Source: Candidatus Uhrbacteria bacterium (GTDB taxonomy: Bacteria; Patescibacteriota; Patescibacteriia; UBA9934; GWF2-40-263). From it: DNA of 54,623 bases. The stretch lies in NCBI GenBank assembly GCA_016188475.1, contig JACPHT010000005.1, forward strand, positions 1-54,623, given 5' to 3'. A program made the translations under genes and the position numbers. The notes under the pieces are model-generated. The model made no database searches and was not told where the DNA came from. It saw only the letters and a list, made by a program, of their open reading frames with translations. Every line of letters starts with the position of its first letter. Within the stretch, counting starts at the first letter, position 1. Shown piece after piece: positions 49,386 to 54,623 of this stretch.

Positions 49386-49931
49386 ATGAAAAATGGGACG
49401 CTGACAAGAATCATAGCGGAAAGTATGAGAGAGATAGTTTTCGGGTTTGAGGACTCTCTTGTTTCAACTCTTGGCACTCTCACTGGAATTGCGATTGGTT
49501 CTCGAAGTACTTACATCGTGATTCTTTCAGGTTTTGTTTTAATTGCGGCCGAAAGTATGTCAATGGCGGCCGGAAGTTATCTTTCATCAAAATCAGCTTC
49601 TGAAGCAGAGCAGTTGCTTCATGAGAAGGACGGTAAACCATACATTCACGACTCGCATCCTGTCAGGGCTGGAATTGTTATGGGTGTTTTGTATTTTATT
49701 GGTGGATTTGTTCCTCTTTTACCTTATTTTTTCATTTCCGTGTCAGAGGCGATAGTTATTTCAATTCCTCTCACCGCCACTTGTCTTTTTCTTCTTGGTG
49801 TTTGGTCTTCTGAATTTACAAAGCGCAATCCTTTCAAAAGTGGCGTTGAAATGACAGTAATTTCACTTGCCGCGGCGCTAATCGGTTATTTTATTGGTTG
49901 GATAGTAAGTATATATTTTGGCGCGGCATAG
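49386..49931 (+). CDS. VIT1/CCC1-family transporter
   Basis: REIVFGFEDSLV, SMAAGSYLS, GGFVPLLPY. Confidence 0.9.
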   Translation: MKNGTLTRIIAESMREIVFGFEDSLVSTLGTLTGIAIGSRSTYIVILSGFVLIAAESMSMAAGSYLSSKSASEAEQLLHEKDGKPYIHDSHPVRAGIVMGVLYFIGGFVPLLPYFFISVSEAIVISIPLTATCLFLLGVWSSEFTKRNPFKSGVEMTVISLAAALIGYFIGWIVSIYFGAA

Positions 49932-49974
49932 AAAGCTTGAATTTTTTTTGTTTTTTTGTTAGTCTCGCTTGGCT

Positions 49975-51180
49975 ATGGCAGAACGACAAATTTATCTCGA
50001 CAATGCCGCAACAACTCCTATTGATCCTCGCGTGTTCGAGGCGATGTTGCCGTACTTATCGGGAAAATACGGTAACCCATCAAGTTTCCATACACTTGGG
50101 AAACAGGCAAAAGATGATATGATCGAATCTCGAAGTCAGATCGCAGAGATATTAAACTCGCGTTCTGATGAAATTTTGTTTGCGTCCGGCGGAACAGAAT
50201 CTGACAATCTTGCCGTGCTTGGTTTTGCTCGTGCGAATCAAGCAAACGGGAAACATTTGATTACAACTGCGATTGAACATCATGCTGTTCTTGAAGCGAT
50301 GATTCAACTTGAAAAAAAAGAAGGATTTGAGATCACATATCTAAAACCAGACAGCGATGGTTTGGTGAGTGCGTCACAAGTTTCTGAAGCGCTTCGACCT
50401 GATACGATTCTTGTTTCAGTCATGTATGCAAATAATGAGATCGGAACCATCCAACCAATTAAAGAAATTGGAAATCTAGTTCAAAAATATCGTAAAGAAA
50501 AAAAACAGTCTTGGCCTGTTTTTCACACTGACGCTTGTCAGGCAAGCGGATTTTTAGATCTCGATGTTGAAAAATTACACGTGGATTTGTTAACACTCAA
50601 TGGTTCAAAAATGTACGGTCCAAAAGGTGTTGGGATTTTGTACATGAAACGCGGTATCAAATTGCAACCACTCCAATTTGGCGGTTCGCAAGAACGAGGT
50701 CTTCGTCCTGGTACAGAAAATGTTGCAGGAATAATTGGGATGGCAAAAGCTTTAACACTCGCGCAAAAAGACAAAGTCAATGAATCAAAACGGCTTGTTC
50801 AGCTTCGCGATAAACTAATCAATGGAATTTTGAAATCAATTCCAAAGACACGCTTGAATGGACATCTAACAACAAGACTACCAAATAATGTAAACATTTC
50901 GTTTTTGGATATTGAAGGTGAAGCGCTTGTGTTGTACCTTGATGCCGCAGGTATTTTTGCTTCAACAGGTTCAGCTTGTACAAGTGCTTCGCTTGAGCCT
51001 TCGCATGTTATTCTCGCGCTTGGAATGCCGTATGAAGTCGCGCATGGTTCAATTCGATTTACTCTTGGACATTATACGACAGATGAAGATATAGATTACG
51101 TTTTGAAAACACTTCCGCCTTTGGTTGAAAAATTGCGTTCGATAAGTCCTGTTCGAGTTGATGAAAAATACTATAGATGA
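49975..51180 (+). CDS. iscS: Cysteine desulfurase
   Basis: YLDNAATT, NNEIG, HTDACQ, K.YGPKG, STGSACTS. Confidence 0.95.
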   Translation: MAERQIYLDNAATTPIDPRVFEAMLPYLSGKYGNPSSFHTLGKQAKDDMIESRSQIAEILNSRSDEILFASGGTESDNLAVLGFARANQANGKHLITTAIEHHAVLEAMIQLEKKEGFEITYLKPDSDGLVSASQVSEALRPDTILVSVMYANNEIGTIQPIKEIGNLVQKYRKEKKQSWPVFHTDACQASGFLDLDVEKLHVDLLTLNGSKMYGPKGVGILYMKRGIKLQPLQFGGSQERGLRPGTENVAGIIGMAKALTLAQKDKVNESKRLVQLRDKLINGILKSIPKTRLNGHLTTRLPNNVNISFLDIEGEALVLYLDAAGIFASTGSACTSASLEPSHVILALGMPYEVAHGSIRFTLGHYTTDEDIDYVLKTLPPLVEKLRSISPVRVDEKYYR

Positions 51181-51305
51181 CCTCTGCAAAACTTCCGATT
51201 ATTGCCTGAGCCTGTCGAAGGCCGCGAATGAATGAGCCAATTTTACCCATTCGACAAGCTCAGGGAATAAAATTTGGTAATAAATTCGAGTTTTACAGAG
51301 TTCAT
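51177..51305. mobile_element. MITE/REP-doublet copy
   Basis: TIR atgacctctgcaaaact/agttttacagagttcat; contains the iscS stop codon. Confidence 0.8.
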
Positions 51306-51315
51306 TATAAATATT

Positions 51316-51957
51316 ATGTCTGATGTTACAAGCCGCGACAACAAACAATCATGGTTTTATTCCAACATTGTGAAGGATCATTTTTTTCATCCAAGAAATT
51401 TTATTGAAGATGGAGAAATAGATGAAAATCGATTCAACGCGATTGGAAAAGTCGGATCACCTGCATGTGGTGACGAACTTCGAGTTTGGATGAAAGTTGA
51501 TCCAAAAACAGAACGAATTTTGGAATTTCGTTGGAGAACATTTGGATGCGGAAGCGCGATTGCTTCAACCTCGATGGCTTCTGTTGTTGTGACTGAAAAC
51601 GGCGGAATGACACTTGATGAAGCTCGAAAACTTAAACCTCAAGACATAATTGATCGTCTTGGCGGTCTTCCACAAAGAAAAATTCATTGTTCTGTTTTGT
51701 GTGATAAGGCCTTGCGAGATGCGATCAATGATTATTATCGTAGGACACAGCAGTTTGATAAAATTATCGCGGAGGCATCGCGTGTAATTGATTCAGTTGC
51801 AAAAGTGACAGATCATGATATTGAAGAAGCTGTTCTTGAAGGCGCTCAAACACTTGAACAAGTTCAGCAAAAAACAAAAGTCGGAATTGGAAATCCAAGT
51901 TGTCTGCCGGCTGTTGAAGAACTTATAAGATTCTATAAAGAAAAATATTTTGGATAA
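51316..51957 (+). CDS. Fe-S scaffold IscU/NifU with a C-terminal BFD-like domain
   Basis: YS..VKDHF.HPRN, GSPACGD, GCGSAIAS, KIHCS. Confidence 0.9.
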   Translation: MSDVTSRDNKQSWFYSNIVKDHFFHPRNFIEDGEIDENRFNAIGKVGSPACGDELRVWMKVDPKTERILEFRWRTFGCGSAIASTSMASVVVTENGGMTLDEARKLKPQDIIDRLGGLPQRKIHCSVLCDKALRDAINDYYRRTQQFDKIIAEASRVIDSVAKVTDHDIEEAVLEGAQTLEQVQQKTKVGIGNPSCLPAVEELIRFYKEKYFG

Positions 51958-51969
51958 CATTTCAATCTT

Positions 51970-52236
51970 ATGAAACTACGAATCAAAGTCGATCCAGACC
52001 TTTGTATTGGCGCGGCATCGTGCGTGACAGTGTCTCCTGAAACATTTCAACTCAATGATGAAAATAAAGCCGTTGTTTTAGATCATTCTCAAGAACCAAA
52101 TGGCAGAACTTATGAGCGTTGGATTGAAGTAAATGACGATGAAAAGGAAAACATTTTTCTTGCCGCGCAATCTTGTCCAACACTCGCCATTTTTATTTTT
52201 GATGAAGAAGGGAAGCAATTATTTCCAGAGTTATGA
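51970..52236 (+). CDS. Ferredoxin (single cluster, 3Fe-4S-like)
   Basis: CIGAASC...CP.AI. Confidence 0.88.
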   Translation: MKLRIKVDPDLCIGAASCVTVSPETFQLNDENKAVVLDHSQEPNGRTYERWIEVNDDEKENIFLAAQSCPTLAIFIFDEEGKQLFPEL

Positions 52237-53432
52237 GTATGCGCTATGTCATAATTGGAGGTGGAATTGCTGGAACAACAGCGGCGGAAGAATTGAGAAA
52301 ACTCGATCCTTCATCTGAAATCACCATTGTCTCTGAAGAACAGCACCCGATTTATTCGCGGGTGCTCTTGCCTCATTACATAAAAGGAAAAATTCCGCGC
52401 GAGCGTGTTTTTTTGAAAAAAGAAAATTGGTATAGCGAGCAAAACATCGACTGGATGCCAGGAGTTTTGGCTGTTTATTTGGACACAAAAAATAAATTCG
52501 TCACACTTTCAAACGGTCGCGAGATTGAATACGACAAGATGTTAATTGCAACAGGTGGAGAACCAAGGACGATTTTTGAAAATTCACGCAATATTTCTTA
52601 TTTGCGATCTTTGAGCGACGCTGACAATTTTTTAGAACTTCTAAACAGTCGTGAAAATAATTGCAATGGAGAAGTTTTTGGAGGCGGGTTTATCGCGTGT
52701 GAATACATAAATCTGTTCGCTCATTTTAGTATTCCAACTCGTGTATCGCTTCGCGGTGATTTTTTTTGGTCAAAAATTTTAGATCGCGAACCAGCTGAAT
52801 TTGTAAATCAATATTTGGGAAAAAACGGAATCACATTAAGGAAAAATGTTTCGTTTAAGGATTCTTTTATTGAAGAAGAATTGAAAAATAAGAGTTCAAT
52901 TTTTGGAATCGGAATCGGAATTGAAACGGATTTTTCATGGCTGAAAGAATCTGGAGTTGAAATTAGTTCTGGGATTCGAGCGAATGAGTTTTTGGAGACA
53001 AACATTCCAGATGTTTATACAGCAGGAGACGTTGCAGAATTTTACGATGTGATCGTTGGCAGACATTTGAAAATGGGAAATTGGATGAGCGCAATGTCGC
53101 AAGGTCGTGTTGTTGCGCAAAACATGTTTGGAAATAAAATTGTTTTTGAGCTTGTTTCGTCTTATGCCACAAACATTCTGGGTCTAGAAGTGATTTTTAT
53201 TGGCGATGTTTCAAAAGAATCGGCCGATGAAGTGAGGATTATTGGTTCTATTGAAGAAGGCGGGATAACACAGCTGTTCGGTCGAAAAGGTCAGCTGGTT
53301 GGCGCTGTTTTGCTCAATAGAAATTCCGACCGTCAAATTATTACAGATTTTATAAAAAATAAGGGTTTATTGCCTGATAAAAATAGAGAATTATTGCCTG
53401 AGCTTGTCGAAGGCAGTAAAAAACGTGAATAA
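52233..53432 (+). CDS. FAD-dependent pyridine nucleotide-disulfide/ferredoxin reductase-like protein
   Basis: IIGGGIAG, ATGG, GGGFI, T..PDVYTAGD. Confidence 0.9.
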   Translation: MSMRYVIIGGGIAGTTAAEELRKLDPSSEITIVSEEQHPIYSRVLLPHYIKGKIPRERVFLKKENWYSEQNIDWMPGVLAVYLDTKNKFVTLSNGREIEYDKMLIATGGEPRTIFENSRNISYLRSLSDADNFLELLNSRENNCNGEVFGGGFIACEYINLFAHFSIPTRVSLRGDFFWSKILDREPAEFVNQYLGKNGITLRKNVSFKDSFIEEELKNKSSIFGIGIGIETDFSWLKESGVEISSGIRANEFLETNIPDVYTAGDVAEFYDVIVGRHLKMGNWMSAMSQGRVVAQNMFGNKIVFELVSSYATNILGLEVIFIGDVSKESADEVRIIGSIEEGGITQLFGRKGQLVGAVLLNRNSDRQIITDFIKNKGLLPDKNRELLPELVEGSKKRE

Positions 53433-53468
53433 TGAACGCCTTACTGCTTCGACAAGCTCAGCAAGTAA
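53391..53468. repeat. REP-doublet copy overlapping the reductase 3' end
   Basis: ttgcctgagcttgtcgaaggc and cttcgacaagctcag. Confidence 0.75.
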
Positions 53469-53515
53469 GTCGTTCACTCCATGATTTTGACTTCATTACT
53501 TTTTTCCAACATTGC

Positions 53516-53695
53516 TTGACATTTTGACCAAAACATGATATAAAGTGCCCTTCTTCTGTGTGCGGAAAACCGCGCATTGAGGAAACAAAACCAGTTATTT
53601 TAGGCGAGGAGGGTATCCCTTCTTGTTTTAGATAACTGTTAGTTCGTTTCTGGTTCATTGCAACCATTTGCGCGGTTAAGTACCGCACAGGAGGA
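53516..53695 (+). promoter_or_regulatory. Sigma70 promoter followed by a 145-nt hairpin leader
   Basis: TTGACA(53516)-17 bp-(TGa)TATAAA; nested stems 53551-53695. Confidence 0.6.
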
Positions 53696-53702
53696 TTTGA
53701 AA

Positions 53703-54623
53703 ATGGCTTCTTTTGCAGAGGAACTATCCAGAAAGCTCGCTGAAGAGGCGAGCGAAAACACGATGCACGACGCTGTCGAAGGTGCGATGAAGCGTGCGGC
53801 TGATAAGGGCGAATCCGGAAAGGATATCGCAAGGTCAGGACTTCAAGCTCTATTCAGTGATACGAGTCCTGTCATGCGAACTGCTCGCAGTTTGCGAGGG
53901 TTCGTTCCTCGAGCGGCCTATCCGGTTGTCGCAACAGTTGGCGCAACTGCGCTTGCAAAGTGGGCGGATAATTTTCTGCCAGGCGATACTCGTCCTGGAA
54001 TCAAGGAGGCGCGTTTCATTCTCAAGTACGTTGCGCCACACTTGGTCATCGGAGCTGCAGAAGCGTTCGGAGAAGTTGCGAGTCAGATCGATGAACATGT
54101 CGATAAGGTTCGCAGTGATTTCACCGTTTCTGATGCGCTTTGTGACAAGGAACTTGACTTCGTAGTCGAGGCAGATATGTTCCCGGATCGTATTTTCATT
54201 CCTGCTCGCGACAGCGACGGAAAGGTTCAGACAAATTCGGACGGAACACCTGTTGTTCTCGATCGGGACTACGCAATGGCACAACGTTTATGGGATCAGA
54301 CCCACAAGCCCGAAAAGAAGACGAGTGGCGGTGGTAAGAATCAGCCGCAGAGGACTGAAACAATTCCTGCGGCGCCGTTTCCGTGCCGGCTCGTGTCGCT
54401 TAAAGTTGCGCTTGCTCGGATTTCCTCTGGCTCCATGAACAAGGGTGACGTCGAGGCGATCCAGAAGATGCTCAAGAAGCCTGACAGCTGGGGCGCGAAG
54501 CTCTCGGCTCGGGCAAGAGATCTTCTTCTCGCTCTCTCGGTGACGCGATCCAAGAAAGGTCCGCTCGAGCAGTCGCTTGCGGAGGACTTTTTCAAGGACC
54601 TGCCGAACAAGGGCGATATTGCT
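53703..54623 (+). CDS. Hypothetical protein, 3' partial (>307 aa), not in the ORF track
   Basis: SD CAGGAGGA then ATG 53703; MASFAEELSRKLAEEASE... open to the window end; GC-richer. Confidence 0.8.
   Translation, partial: MASFAEELSRKLAEEASENTMHDAVEGAMKRAADKGESGKDIARSGLQALFSDTSPVMRTARSLRGFVPRAAYPVVATVGATALAKWADNFLPGDTRPGIKEARFILKYVAPHLVIGAAEAFGEVASQIDEHVDKVRSDFTVSDALCDKELDFVVEADMFPDRIFIPARDSDGKVQTNSDGTPVVLDRDYAMAQRLWDQTHKPEKKTSGGGKNQPQRTETIPAAPFPCRLVSLKVALARISSGSMNKGDVEAIQKMLKKPDSWGAKLSARARDLLLALSVTRSKKGPLEQSLAEDFFKDLPNKGDIA

Noticed and set aside
53794-54610. Short ORFs in the track near the window end
   Set aside because: Alternative frames of the SD-led ORF starting at 53703

Overview
Origin-proximal chromosome segment of an AT-rich bacterium. 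Gene content and style suggest Patescibacteria/CPR (inference): TrmB-type regulator, rpsO-NYN-pnp, giant secreted surface proteins, and core genes lacking Shine-Dalgarno (SD) motifs. It contains rpmH-dnaA-oriC-dnaN, rnpA, yidD, tig, polA, holA, rpsT, rpsO, pnp, a Xer recombinase, rmuC, comM, lspA, hppA, a liv-type ABC transporter, a class A PBP, an Fe-S assembly operon, five tRNAs and a perfect parS site. There is also a four-gene surface-protein operon whose last gene is a partial, repeat-rich fibre missing from the ORF track. Less ordinary items: a ~390-nt highly structured RNA candidate with its own promoter (25864-26256); a 145-nt hairpin leader that buries the SD of an orphan gene; a three-gene HTH/OB-fold/ParB-like cassette; a C4orf33 (UPF0462)-like gene inside the liv operon; tandem paralogous 4-Cys mini-proteins; an 80-bp duplication of the tRNA-His 3' end; and a 7-copy MITE/REP family. 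No CRISPR array, rRNA or autonomous transposase was seen. All calls come from reading the sequence by eye; no searches were run.
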